From: an uncultured Acidobacteriaceae bacterium
GTDB lineage: Bacteria; Acidobacteriota; Terriglobia; Terriglobales; Acidobacteriaceae
Length of the DNA stretch: 64,000 nt
NCBI GenBank assembly: GCA_963758835.1
Contig: CAVWWZ010000015.1
Span: 128,249-192,248, forward strand
Direction: 5' to 3'
Below are positions 21,545-32,201 of the stretch, in pieces. The position numbers and the translations under genes were made by a program. The first letter of the stretch is position 1. Each line of letters begins with the position of its first letter. The notes under the pieces are model-generated. The model did not search any database. It was not told where the DNA came from and saw only the letters and a list, made by a program, of their open reading frames with translations.

Positions 21545-21670
21545 TGCAGGTAGTGCAGCGCTTTAGCGCCGCGTAGCAGGCAGGTCCTCACTCGAACAAG
21601 GCGCTTCGGGATGACAAAGAAATAACGGCGCACCGAACAGGTGCGCCCTTAGCAGGAAACGGAAAAGATT

Positions 21671-23777
21671 GTGCCCAGACAAGTTCCATTAGATCGTTGC
21701 AGGAATATCGGCATCATGGCCCACATCGATGCCGGTAAGACCACCACGACGGAGCGCATCCTGTTCTATACAGGACGCACGCACCGCATTGGTGAGGTCC
21801 ATGAAGGCACCGCGACGATGGATTGGATGGCGCAGGAGCAGGAGCGCGGCATCACCATCACGTCGGCGGCGACGACCTGCTTTTGGAAAGACATTCGCAT
21901 CAACATCATCGACACCCCCGGCCACGTGGACTTCACCGCCGAGGTGGAGCGTTCGCTGCGCGTGCTCGACGGCGCCTGCGCCGTGTTCGATGCCGTGCAT
22001 GGCGTCGAGCCGCAGTCGGAGACCGTTTGGCGCCAGGCCGATAAATACGGCGTTCCGCGCATTTGCTTCATCAACAAGATCGACAAGATGGGTGCCGACT
22101 TCGAGCACGCCATCGATACCATCCGCAAGCGCCTGAACGCCAAGCCGGTCGCGATTCAGCTGCCCATCGGGCAGGAAGACAAGTTCAAGGGCGTCATCGA
22201 TCTGATGACGATGAAGGCGATCATCTGGAAGGACGAGACGATGGGCGCCGAGTACGTGGTCGAAGAGATTCCCGAAGAGCTGAAGAAGAAGGCCGCAGGC
22301 CTATCACCAGATCCTGGTCGAGACCGTCGTCGAAAACGACGATCAGGACGAGCTGATGCACAAGTACATCGAAGGCGAAACCATCGGCGAGGCCGAACTG
22401 AAAGCCGCCCTGCGCCGCGCCACCCTGAAGATGAAGGTGTTCCCGGTGATCTGCGGAACCGCCTTCAAGAACAAGGGTGTGCAGCCGCTGCTCGATGCGG
22501 TCATCGATTACCTGCCTTCGCCGCTCGACGTTCCTCCGGTGAAGGGAATCAATCCCGATACCGGCGCTGGAAGAAGAGCGTCCGGCCGATGACAAGGCGC
22601 CGTTCTCGGCCCTGGCATTCAAGATCATGACCGACCCGTTCGTCGGTCAGCTGACCTTTATCCGCGTGTACTCGGGCCAGCTGAAGCAGGGCGACAGCGT
22701 CTACATCAGCGGACGCTCGCGCACGAGCGCATTGGCCGCCTGCTGAAGATGCACGCCAACAAGCGCGAAGACATCACCGAGATCTATGCCGGCGACATCT
22801 GCGCTTGCGTCGGACTGAAGAACATCACCACCGGCGACACCATCTGCGACGAAGATCACCCGATCATGCTCGAGTCGATCGAGTTCCCGGCGCCGGTAAT
22901 CTGCGGTTGCCGTCGAGCCGAAGACCAAGAGCGATCAGGAAAAGATGGGCATCGCGCTGGGCAAGCTGGCGCAGGAAGATCCCACCTTCAAGGTCAGCAC
23001 CGATCCCGACAGCGGCCAGACCATCATCGAGGGCATGGGCGAGCTCCACCTGGAGATCATCGTCGACCGCATGATGCGCGAGTTCAACGTGCAGGCCAAC
23101 GTCGGCAAGCCGCAGGTGGCGTATCGCGAGACCATCCGCAAGGAGTCGCAGGCGGAAGGCAAGTACATTCGCCAGACCGGCGGCAGCGGCCAGTACGGTC
23201 ACGTGCGCATCCGGCTGGAGCCGAACGAGCCGGGCAAGGGCTACGAGTTCGTCAACGAAGTCGTCGGCGGCGTGATTCCCAAGGAATTCATCAAGCCGGT
23301 GGATCAGGGCATCAAGGAAGCCATGGAAGGCGGCGTTCTCGCCGGCTACGAAATGGTGGACGTGAAGGCCACGCTCTACGACGGCAGCTATCACGATGTC
23401 GATTCCAACGAAATGGCCTTCAAGATCGCCGGTTCGATGGCGTTCAAGGAAGCCGCCCGCAAGGCCAGCCCGGTTCTGCTGGAGCCGGTGATGTCGGTGG
23501 AAGTGGTTGTGCCCGAGGAGTACATGGGCACCATCATCGGCGACCTGAGCAGCCGTCGCGGCCGCATCGAGGGCTCGAGCATCGCGCCGGATCGCAGGTG
23601 ATCAAGGCGATGGTTCCGCTGGCCGAGATGTTTGGATACGCGACGAATATGCGTTCCAACACCCAGGGCCGCGCGACCTTCAGCATGCACTTCTCGCGCT
23701 ACGAAGAGGCGCCGCGCGCGGTGGCCGAAGAGATCGTGGCCAAGGTGCAGGGCAAGAGCCCGGCAGGAACGAAGTAG
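21671..23777 (+). CDS. fusA: Elongation factor G, at least 5 frame changes
   Basis: GTG start. The protein reads [25 protein letters not shown]...DTPGHVDFT. Later segments lie in ORFs 22356-22592, 22749-, 22945-23601 and ...[34 protein letters not shown]. Confidence 0.95.
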
Positions 23778-23784
23778 AGTTTGT

Positions 23785-23812
23785 GTCAGGCGCACGACTT
23801 CAGTCGTGCCGG
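23785..23812. repeat. Inverted copy of the 20588-20615 hairpin repeat (fusA-tuf spacer)
   Basis: The reverse complement reads ccggcacgactgaagtcgtgcgcctgac. Twenty contiguous identical nt are followed by a 1-nt indel and then ctgac. Confidence 0.7.
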
Positions 23813-23871
23813 TTATCGGTCAATCAACGCATGAGCGGCTTTAGCCCCGGCACGAGTATACGGAGCTCTCA

Positions 23872-25059
<1,188 letters not shown>

Positions 25060-25067
25060 AGTTTCGG

Positions 25068-25108
25068 TCCCACTCATTCCAAGAACGCTGGAATGAGTGG
25101 GGCACCCG
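25068..25108. repeat. Perfect 12-bp hairpin CCCACTCATTCC/GGAATGAGTGGG followed by GCACCCG (tuf-rpsJ spacer)
   Basis: Read from the sequence. The tail TGGGGCACCCG recurs at 31236-31246. Confidence 0.65.
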
Positions 25109-25188
25109 AATAACCGCGGCAAAAGCCGCAGGGCGCGATGCGGAGACGCAGACGAGCCCCAACAAAAGATCTTTGAGAGATAACTAAC

Positions 25189-25519
25189 GTGATTGGCAAA
25201 GAACGAATCCGGATCCGGCTGAAAGCTTACGACTATCGCGTTCTCGACCAGTCCACTGGCGAGATCGTGGACACGGCGCGGCGCACCGGGCGCGCAGATT
25301 GCGGGACCGATTCCGCTACCCACGGTGAAGAACAAGTACTGCGTGCTGCGCTCCCCCCACGTGGACAAGAAGTCGCGCGAGCAGTTTGAGATCCGCACGC
25401 ATAAGCGCCTGCTCGACATTCTCGAGCCCACGCAGCAGACGGTGGACGCGCTGATGAAGCTGGAGCTTCCCGCGGGCGTGGACGTGGAGATCAAGGCGTT
25501 CGGCAAAGAACATAAGTAG
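25189..25519 (+). CDS. rpsJ: 30S ribosomal protein S10, one indel near 25289
   Basis: GTG start. The protein reads [16 protein letters not shown]...[32 protein letters not shown]. Confidence 0.95.
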
Positions 25520-25520
25520 A

Positions 25521-25606
25521 GCTGTCAGCCGTTAGCTCTTAGCTGTTAGCTAGAAGCAGGCAACGACCGCTAGCTAAAAGCTAATGGCTGAATAGCTAAG
25601 AGCCAG
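25521..25606. repeat. Heptad stem-loop module, TTAGCT/AGCTAA flavour (rpsJ|rplC)
   Basis: The left arm is gtcagcc-gttagct-cttagct-gttagct-ag. The right arm is ctagcta-aaagcta-atggctg-aatagcta-agagcc. The arms are complementary with a one-unit slip. Confidence 0.85.
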
Positions 25607-25682
25607 ATAAAACAAAGCTTCCGCGGCGCAAGCCCCCGGTCGCAATCGAACCGGAACAGGAAGCAGAGTTGAGGACAAGAAC

Positions 25683-26413
25683 ATGGCAGTCAGCGGAATT
25701 TTAGGTAAGAAAGTCGGCATGACGCAGCTGTTCGATGACAAGGGTGATGTTCACCCGGTCACGGTGCTGCAGGCCGGCCCCTGCGTTGTGACCCAGCGCA
25801 AGACGGTTACGAAGGACGGCTACGATGCCGCCCAGATCGGCCTGGTGGAGTTCGTGAAGGAGTCGCGCCTGACCAAGGCGATGAAGGGCCACTTCGCGAA
25901 GAACAATCTGCCGCCGCTGCGCTTCCTGCGCGAAGTGCCGATCGTGGTCGATCCCGAAGTCGCAGGATGGCGTCAAGGTCGGCGACAAAGTCCTGGTCGA
26001 CATGTTCGACGGCGAGAAGTTTGTCGACGTCGTCGGCAACCAGCAAGGGTCGCGGTTTTGCGGGCGTGGTGAAGCGTCACAAGTTTGCCGGCGGCGCGGC
26101 CTCGCACGGATCGATGTTCCAGATCACCGGTTCGATCGGCTCCTCGGCGTTTCCCGTCGCGCGTGTTCAAAGGCATGCGCATGTCGGGACACATGGGCGT
26201 GGACCAGGTGACGATCCGCAACCTGCGGGTGCTGGGCGTCGACAAGGACGAGAACCTGCTGGTGGTGGAAGGCGCGGTGCCGGGACACGAAAGACGGTTA
26301 CGTGATGATCACCAAGGCGAAGAAGCCACCGAGAGAGCGTCGTGGATTCAGCGGCTGCGGCACGGTCGATCCGTTGAAGGCTTCGAAGCGCGCAGGTGGC
26401 GAAGAAGAAATAA
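25683..26413 (+). CDS. rplC: 50S ribosomal protein L3, frameshifted; 3' end inferred
   Basis: The protein reads [34 protein letters not shown]...[16 protein letters not shown]...[17 protein letters not shown]. The end was taken at the TAA preceding the repeat module. Confidence 0.9.
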
Positions 26414-26483
26414 GTGTCAGTTGCAGTTGTCAGCAGTGAGCTGATGGGCACGAGCTAGACGGCTGACAGCTGACAGCAACTGG
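26414..26483. repeat. Heptad stem-loop module (rplC|rplD)
   Basis: The left arm is gtgtcagttgcagttgtcagcag and the right arm is gctgacagctgacagcaactgg. Confidence 0.8.
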
Positions 26484-26491
26484 AAGAGATT

Positions 26492-27152
26492 ATGGCGACG
26501 ATTGATGTAGTGAATCTGGGCGGCGAGAAGGTAGGCTCCCTCGAGCTGGCCGATGAAGTATTCGGCGCGGTCAACGAGGACCTGCTCTGGGAAGCGGTGA
26601 AGCACTACCGCGCCGGGCAGCGTGCCGGTACGCACGCCACCAAGAACAAGAAGCTGGTCAGCGGCGCGGGCAAGAAGCTGTGGAAGCAGAAGGGTACCGG
26701 ACGCGCGCGCGTGGGTTCGATCCGCTCTCCTCTGTGGCGGCATGGCGGCACGGTCCACGGACCGCAGCCCCGCTCCTACGACTACGCTTTCCCGCGCAAG
26801 AAGCTGCTGGGCGCGCTGCGCTCGGCGCTGGCGGCCAAGCTGGCGGACGGCAAGCTGGTGGTGGTCGAGAGCTTCGAGCTCGAAGGAACCCAAGACCAAG
26901 GCGTTCCGCAAGACGCTGGACAAGCTGAATGCCAAGGGCACGACGCTGCTGGTGGAGAGCTCGGCGAGCGAGAACCAGAACCTGCACCTGAGCTCGCGCA
27001 ACCTGGAAGGCGTGGAGCTGGTGGCGGGCAACCAGGTTCATCCTTATCACCTGCTGCGGTATGAGAGCGCGATCTTCGCGCGTCCGGCGCTGGAGAAGTT
27101 GCAGGACTCGCTGAAGGCGACGGCGCCCAAGCGCAAAGCGGAGGTGGCGTAA
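26492..27152 (+). CDS. rplD: 50S ribosomal protein L4, one frameshift near 26888
   Basis: The protein reads [15 protein letters not shown]...[32 protein letters not shown]...[19 protein letters not shown]. Confidence 0.95.
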
Positions 27153-27446
27153 TGAAGTCGGCATATCAGATCATTCGCCGCCCGGTGATCACGGAAAAGG
27201 GTCTCGGGCGTAAAGGAAACGGAAGCGACGCTGGTCTTCGAAGTTGCGGTCAAGGCGACCAAGACGGAGATCAAGCAGGCGGTGCAGAGCATTTTCAAGG
27301 TGAAGGTGGACTCGGTGCGCACCGCGAACTTTGAAGGCAAAGAGCGCCGCCGCGGCAAGTTCACCGGCTATCGTCCCGACTGGAAGAAGGCGTACGTGCG
27401 GTTGAAGGCGGGCGAGAAGATGCCCGAGTACGCAGAGAACCTGTAG
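27152..27446 (+). CDS. rplW: 50S ribosomal protein L23, one frameshift near 27210
   Basis: The start is an ATG overlapping the rplD stop (TAATG). The protein reads [17 protein letters not shown]...KTEIKQAVQSIFKVKVDSVRT...KKAYVRLKAG. Confidence 0.93.
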
Positions 27447-27520
27447 CGCAGTAGATCAGTGGCTAGTAGTTAGTGGCTAGAAGCTGCCAGCTAAGAGCGA
27501 GCAGCGAGAAGCGAGTAGGA
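27447..27520. repeat. Heptad-phased run of about 10 units without a clear long stem (rplW|rplB)
   Basis: The units are cagtggc tagtagt tagtggc tagaagc tgccagc taagagc gagcagc gagaagc gagtagg. Confidence 0.75.
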
Positions 27521-27522
27521 AC

Positions 27523-28349
27523 ATGGCAATCAAGACTTACAGACCGGTAACTCCGACGCGGCGGTTCACGACCATCGACGGTCAACGATGACCTGACGAC
27601 CAACCGGCCGTACAAGCCGCTGACCGAACCGAAGCAGCGCACCAGCGGACGCCGCAATGCCGGCGACCTGACCATCTGGCATCGCGGCGGCGGACACAAG
27701 CGCAAGCTGCGCATCATCGACTTCAAGCGCGACAAGTCCGGCATTCCGGCGACCGTCGCCTCCATCGAATACGATCCCAACCGCTCGGCGCGCATCGCGC
27801 TGCTGAACTACGCCGATGGCGAGAAGCGCTACATCGTGTGTCCGGTCGGCCTGAAGGTGGGCGCCAAGATCGTCAGCGGTCCCGAAGCCGACATCCTGGT
27901 AGGCAATGCTCTGCCGCTGCGCAACATTCCTCCCGGCACCACGGTGCACAACATCGAGCTGAAGCCGGGCAAGGGCGCGCAGATGGCGCGCTCGGCAGGA
28001 GCCCAGGCGCAGCTGGTGGCGAAAGAAGGCGACTACGCGCTGCTGAAGCTGCCTTCCGGCGAAACCCGCAAGGTGCTGGTGGATTGCATGGCGACCGTGG
28101 GCCAGGTGGGCAACACCGATCACGAAAACGTTTCCATCGGCAAGGCCGGCCGCACGCGCTGGCTGGGACATTCGCCCGACCAACCGCGGCGTGGTCATGA
28201 ACCCGGTCGACCATCCGCACGGCGGTGGTGAAGGCAAGACCAGCGGCGGACGTCATCCGGTGACTCCGTGGGGCCAGCCGACGCGCGGCTACAAGACTCG
28301 CAACAACAAGCGGACCGATAAGTTCATCGTGAACCGCAGACAGAAGTAG
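27523..28349 (+). CDS. rplB: 50S ribosomal protein L2, frameshifted
   Basis: The protein reads [15 protein letters not shown]...[17 protein letters not shown]...[14 protein letters not shown]...[25 protein letters not shown]. Confidence 0.95.
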
Positions 28350-28361
28350 GACTGAGACGAT

Positions 28362-28662
28362 ATGGCACGTTCAACCAAAAAAGGTCCGTTCATCGATTCG
28401 CACCTGCAGGCCAAGATCGACGGCATGAACGCGCGCAACGAGAAGAAGGTCGTGCGCACCTGGTCGCGCCGCTCGACGGTGATTCCCGGAGATGGTGGGA
28501 CACACGCTGGCGGTGCATAACGGCAAGAAGTTCATTCCGGTGTACGTCACCGAAAACATGGTGGGCCACAAGCTGGGCGAGTTCAGCATGACCCGCACCT
28601 TCAAGGGCCACTCGGTAAAGGCGGCGACGGAAACGTCGGCCAAGCCGGCGCCGGCGAGATAA
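28362..28662 (+). CDS. rpsS: 30S ribosomal protein S19, one indel near 28486
   Basis: The protein reads [15 protein letters not shown]...[33 protein letters not shown]. Confidence 0.95.
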
Positions 28663-28671
28663 GGAAACGAC

Positions 28672-29221
28672 ATGGAATTCACAGCCAAACTGAATTACGT
28701 GCGCGTCTCGCCGCAGAAGGCGCGCCTGGTGCTGGACCTGATCAAGGGCCGCCGGGTGGAAGAGGCGCTGGACACGCTGCTGTTCACCAAGAAGGGCATT
28801 GCGCCGCAAGCTGTACAAGCTGCTGCGCTCGGCGGTTGAGAACGCGAACTATGTCAGCGCGGAAAAGGGCCTGGATGTCGATGTCGACCGGCTGTATCGT
28901 GAAGCGCGCCATCGCCAACGAAGGTCCGCGCATGAAGCGCATCCGTCCGGCGCCGATGGGCCGCGCCTATCGCTATCAGCGCCGCATCTCGCACATGGAG
29001 ATTGCGCTGGCGGAGAAGGCTTCGGGCAACGGCAAGCGGCTGGCACGACGTTGGTGCAGAACGGTGCAAGAAGGCGGCAGAAGGCTCCGGCCAAGAAGCG
29101 CGGCGAAGAAGAAGCGGCTGCAAAGAAGGCGCCGGCCAAGAAGTCGGCGGCAAGAAGAAAGACTGCCCGGCCAAAAAGTTGTGCAGCGGCGATGCCAGAG
29201 AGCGCCGCCGAGAAAAAGTAG
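28672..29221 (+). CDS. rplV: 50S ribosomal protein L22 with a Lys/Ala-rich C-terminal extension, frameshifted
   Basis: The protein reads [36 protein letters not shown]...[27 protein letters not shown], followed by an AKKAPAKK-type tail (ORF 28799-29221). Confidence 0.9.
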
Positions 29222-29228
29222 CGAGACT

Positions 29229-29895
29229 ATGGGACAGAAAGTCCATCCATACGGATTTCGCCTGGGCGTCACCAAGCCGTGGAGGTCGCGCTGGTTCGTG
29301 GTGCGCGACTACGACAAACTGCTGCTGGAAGACGTCAAGCTGAAGGCTGAGCTGAAGGACAAGCTCAAGTCGGCCGGCGTCAGCTCGATCGAGATCGAGC
29401 GTCCGGGCAACAAGCTGCGCATCATCATCCGCACCGCGCGTCCGGGCATCATCATCGGCCGCAAGGGCGCTGAGATCGACAAGCTGAAGCAGGAGATCCA
29501 GAAGCGCACCAACCGCGAGGTGTACGTCGATATCCAGGAAGTGCACAAGCCTGAGCTTGATGCGCAGCTGGTGTCGGAGAACATCGCGCTGCAGCTGGAA
29601 AAGCGTGTCGGCTTCCGCCGTGCCATGCGTAAGGCGGTGGATTCGGCGCTGCGCTTCGGCTGCAAGGGCATCAAGGTCCGCGTCAGCGGCCGCCTGAACG
29701 GCAACGAAATCGCGCGCTCCGAGTGGTATCTGCAGGGCCGTCTGCCGCTGCACACGCTGCGTGCCGACATCGACTACGGCTTCGCCGAAGCGCACACCAC
29801 GTACGGCATCATCGGCGTGAAGTGCTGGGTGTACAAGGGCGAGATTTATCGCGAGAAGCGCCGCGAACCGCAGGCTGCACAGCGGAGCGTTTTAA
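29229..29895 (+). CDS. rpsC: 30S ribosomal protein S3. The end is placed at the position-conserved TAA, but as given the frame stays open to 29996.
   Basis: The protein reads [23 protein letters not shown]...[19 protein letters not shown]...[14 protein letters not shown]. The TAA at 29893 lies 2 nt before the GCAGTTG module, as at other genes. The in-frame stop is at 29996, inside the repeat spacer. Confidence 0.85.
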
Positions 29896-29897
29896 AA

Positions 29898-30022
29898 GCA
29901 GTTGCCAGTGGTCGGTGGTCAGTTGTCAGTGATGAGCCGACGAGACTGCGAGTGGAACTGAGCGAAGAGCAGCTGGAGTTGGACAGCTGGAATTAACTGA
30001 CAACCGACAACTGACAACTGAG
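29898..30022. repeat. Heptad stem-loop module (rpsC|rplP)
   Basis: The left arm is gcagttgccagtggtcggtggtcagttgtcagtg and the right arm is ctgacaaccgacaactgacaactgag. Confidence 0.9.
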
Positions 30023-30031
30023 AACTTCATT

Positions 30032-30448
30032 ATGTTGATGCCAAAGAAAGTTAAGTACCGCAAGCAGCAGCGCGGTCGTATGTGCGGCAAGGCGTGGCGC
30101 GGCGGAGAGCTGTCCTTCGGCGATTTCGGCTTGAAGGTCATGGAGCCGGGCTGGATCACCGACCGGCAGATTGAAGCCAGCCGTGTGGCCATGACGCGTT
30201 TCGTCAAGCGCGGCGGCAAGATCTGGATCCGGCTGTTTCCGGACAAGCCGGTCACCAAGAAGCCGGCCGAAACCCGTATGGGCAAAGGCAAGGGCGCTCC
30301 GGATCATTGGGTAGCCGTGGTGCGCCCGGGCAAGATCCTGTTCGAGATGGAAGGGGTCTCGGTAGCCGATGCGGCCGAGGCAATGCGCCTGGCTTCGCAC
30401 AAGCTGCCGCTGCGCACCAAGTTCGTGCAGCGCGAAGGCGTGCACTAA
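30032..30448 (+). CDS. rplP: 50S ribosomal protein L16 (intact)
   Basis: The protein reads [17 protein letters not shown]...[12 protein letters not shown]...[16 protein letters not shown]. Confidence 0.97.
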   Translation: MLMPKKVKYRKQQRGRMCGKAWRGGELSFGDFGLKVMEPGWITDRQIEASRVAMTRFVKRGGKIWIRLFPDKPVTKKPAETRMGKGKGAPDHWVAVVRPGKILFEMEGVSVADAAEAMRLASHKLPLRTKFVQREGVH

Positions 30449-30450
30449 AA

Positions 30451-30564
30451 GCAGTTGTCAGTGGTCGGTTGTCAGTTGTCAGAGAATCAGCATGGCGATT
30501 GGCAGACTAGTCGGTTCAGTGGCAGCTGACAACTGACAACTGACAACTGACAACCGACAACTGG
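30451..30564. repeat. Heptad stem-loop module; the right arm has 5 units (rplP|rpmC)
   Basis: The left arm is gcagttgtcagtggtcggttgtcagttgtcag and the right arm is cagctg-acaactg-acaactg-acaactg-acaaccg-acaactg-g. Confidence 0.92.
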
Positions 30565-30572
30565 ATTTCAAG

Positions 30573-30885
30573 ATGAATGTAGACAAGATTCGAAACCTGA
30601 CCGATGTCGAACTGACGCATCAGCAGCGCGAGCTGGCTGACCAGCTCTTCAAGATGAAGTTTCAGCTGAAGATGGGACAGACCGAGAGCCTGAAGAAGAT
30701 TCGCGAGCTGAGGAAAGACATTGCGCGCGTCAACACCGTGATGCGCCAGAAGCAGCTTGCCGGCGGCAATGGCGCAGCAGCGGCCAGCAACCGGTCGGCA
30801 AGCCAAGCGCGCCAGCAGCCGGCGAAGAAGACAGCCGACGGCGAAGAAGGCGGCCAAGAAGAAGGCTGCGACGGAGAAAAAGTAA
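30573..30885 (+). CDS. rpmC: 50S ribosomal protein L29 with a Lys/Ala-rich C-terminal tail, frameshifted
   Basis: The protein reads MNVDKIRNLTDVELTHQQRELADQLFKMKFQLKMGQTESLKKIRELRKDIARVNTV. The tail ends ...EKK* at 30883-30885. Confidence 0.85.
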
Positions 30886-30888
30886 GCC

Positions 30889-31261
30889 ATGGCCGAAACG
30901 ACAACAACCAGTAACGACAAAGGCCGCGGGCCGGCGCAAGACCCTGATCGGCAAAGTGGTGTCGACCAAGATGGCCAAGACCATCGTGGTCGAAGTGCGG
31001 CGGCAGAAGGCGCACCCGTTCTACAAGCGCGTGGTGGCGCGCAGCAAGAAGTTCTACGCCCACGACGAGGAGGGCACGGCGCACGTCGGCGACTTCGTGA
31101 AGATCGAAGAGACCCGTCCGCTGTCCAAGCTGAAGCGGTGGCAGTTGAAGGAGATTGTGCAGCGCGCTGCGCTGGTGGCGCCGGTCGAAGAGCCGGCAGA
31201 GCTAAGGCTATCCTGCCCACGCCAAGGGCGTAGGATGGGGCACCCGGACGATGCGGGATGA
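30889..31261 (+). CDS. rpsQ: 30S ribosomal protein S17, frameshifted; 3' end uncertain
   Basis: [12 protein letters not shown] is followed by [64 protein letters not shown]. As given, the frame runs through a hairpin motif to the TGA at 31259. Confidence 0.85.
31215..31247. repeat. Second TGGGGCACCCG-tailed imperfect hairpin (rpsQ 3' end / rplN leader)
   Basis: The sequence is gcccacgccaagggcgtaggatggggcacccgg. It shares CCCAC...TGGGGCACCCG with 25068-25108. Confidence 0.5.
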
Positions 31262-31275
31262 GAAGGAGACAAGTT

Positions 31276-31647
31276 ATGGCAGTGATGATGAGAACCATGC
31301 TCGATGTCGCCGACAACTCCGGCGCGCGCAAGCTGCAGATGATTCTGCCGCTGGGCGGCTCGACCGGACTGGTCGCCGGATTGGGCGACGTGATTACCGC
31401 CGCGGTGAAGGAAGCTTCGCCGGACGGCACCGCCAAGAAGGGCACCGTGGTGAAGGCGGTGATCGTGCGCACCCGCAAGGAGCATCGCCGGCGCGACGGT
31501 ACCTACATCCGCTTCGACCAGAATGCGGCGGTGCTGATCAACGACAGCCATGAGCCGGTCGGCACGCGCGTCTTCGGTCCCGTGGCCCGCGAGCTGCGCG
31601 AGAAGAAGTTTTTGAAGATTGTTTCCCTGGCGCCGGAAGTACTGTAA
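31276..31647 (+). CDS. rplN: 50S ribosomal protein L14 (intact)
   Basis: The protein reads [23 protein letters not shown]...[12 protein letters not shown]...[18 protein letters not shown] Shine-Dalgarno sequence lies upstream. Confidence 0.95.
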   Translation: MAVMMRTMLDVADNSGARKLQMILPLGGSTGLVAGLGDVITAAVKEASPDGTAKKGTVVKAVIVRTRKEHRRRDGTYIRFDQNAAVLINDSHEPVGTRVFGPVARELREKKFLKIVSLAPEVL

Positions 31648-31650
31648 GGG

Positions 31651-31730
31651 CCGTTGCCAGTTGTCAGTTGCCAGTCAGCTAAGAGCAAAGGCTAAAAGCC
31701 AAGAGCCAGGCTGACGAGGCGACAGTTAAC
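31651..31730. repeat. Heptad module with a degenerate right arm (rplN|rplX)
   Basis: ccgttgccagttgtcagttgccagtcagc is followed by taagagc-aaaggct-aaaagcc-aagagcc and gctgacgaggcgacagttaac. Confidence 0.7.
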
Positions 31731-31745
31731 GAAGGATTGAGAACA

Positions 31746-32092
31746 ATGCAGAAGAGTGTAGATATTCGCCGCAACGATCAGGTGCGGGTGATTACCGGGC
31801 GCGACAAGGGTAAGCAAGGCCGCGTGCTGCGCGTGATGCCGCGACGAGGGCAAGGTGCTGGTCGAGCACGTGATGATGGTGAAGAAGAACGTGCGTCCCA
31901 ATCCGCAGAAAAACATCAAGGGCGGCATTGCCGAGCAGGAGAGCGCGATCTCCATCAGCAACGTGATGCTGATGCTGCAACTCGTGCAACCGGCCGGTGC
32001 GCGTGGGACACGAGAAGCGCGGCGACCGCAACGTGCGTGTGTGCAAGAGCTGCGGCAATCACGCTGGAGAAATAGCGGTTAGCTTGGCTTAG
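31746..32092 (+). CDS. rplX: 50S ribosomal protein L24 with a CxxC...CxxC C-terminal segment, frameshifted; ends at 32075 or 32092
   Basis: The protein reads MQKSVDIRRNDQVRVITGRDKGKQGRVL, then VLVEHVMMVKKNVRPNPQKNIKGGIAEQESAISISNVML, then CNSCNRPVRVGHEKRGDRNVRVCKSCGN in a third frame. Confidence 0.88.
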
Positions 32093-32128
32093 ACTTGGCA
32101 GGCGTAGCAAAGACTAGCCATGCCAGCT
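32076..32128. repeat. Weak TAG-rich heptad-like module (rplX|rplE)
   Basis: The sequence is cggttagcttggcttagacttggcaggcgtagcaaagactagccatgccagctg. TAG codons at 32073, 32080 and 32090 fall in three different frames. Confidence 0.5.
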
Positions 32129-32201
32129 GAATCGCCACTAAATTGAATCCCTCACGAACCGGTACGAACGCCGAAACCGTGAGAAAGGTAGAAGCAGAGA
32201 A

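Noticed and set aside
28854-29795. A 313-aa minus-strand ORF across rplV and rpsC. Similar long antisense or off-frame ORFs occur at 22864-23394, 32079-32870, 35005-35769, 42044-43009 and 63374-63979.
   Set aside because: All overlap confidently identified genes on the other strand or frame. No recognisable motifs are present. They are GC-driven open frames.
30516-31478. A 320-aa minus-strand ORF ending in ...[15 protein letters not shown]. ORFs 35939-36496 and 38835-39791 contain similar SCQLSVV strings.
   Set aside because: The peptide repeats are simply translations of the 7-nt units, which cycle through all frames. The remainder is antisense to rpmC-rpsQ-rplN, rplO or map.
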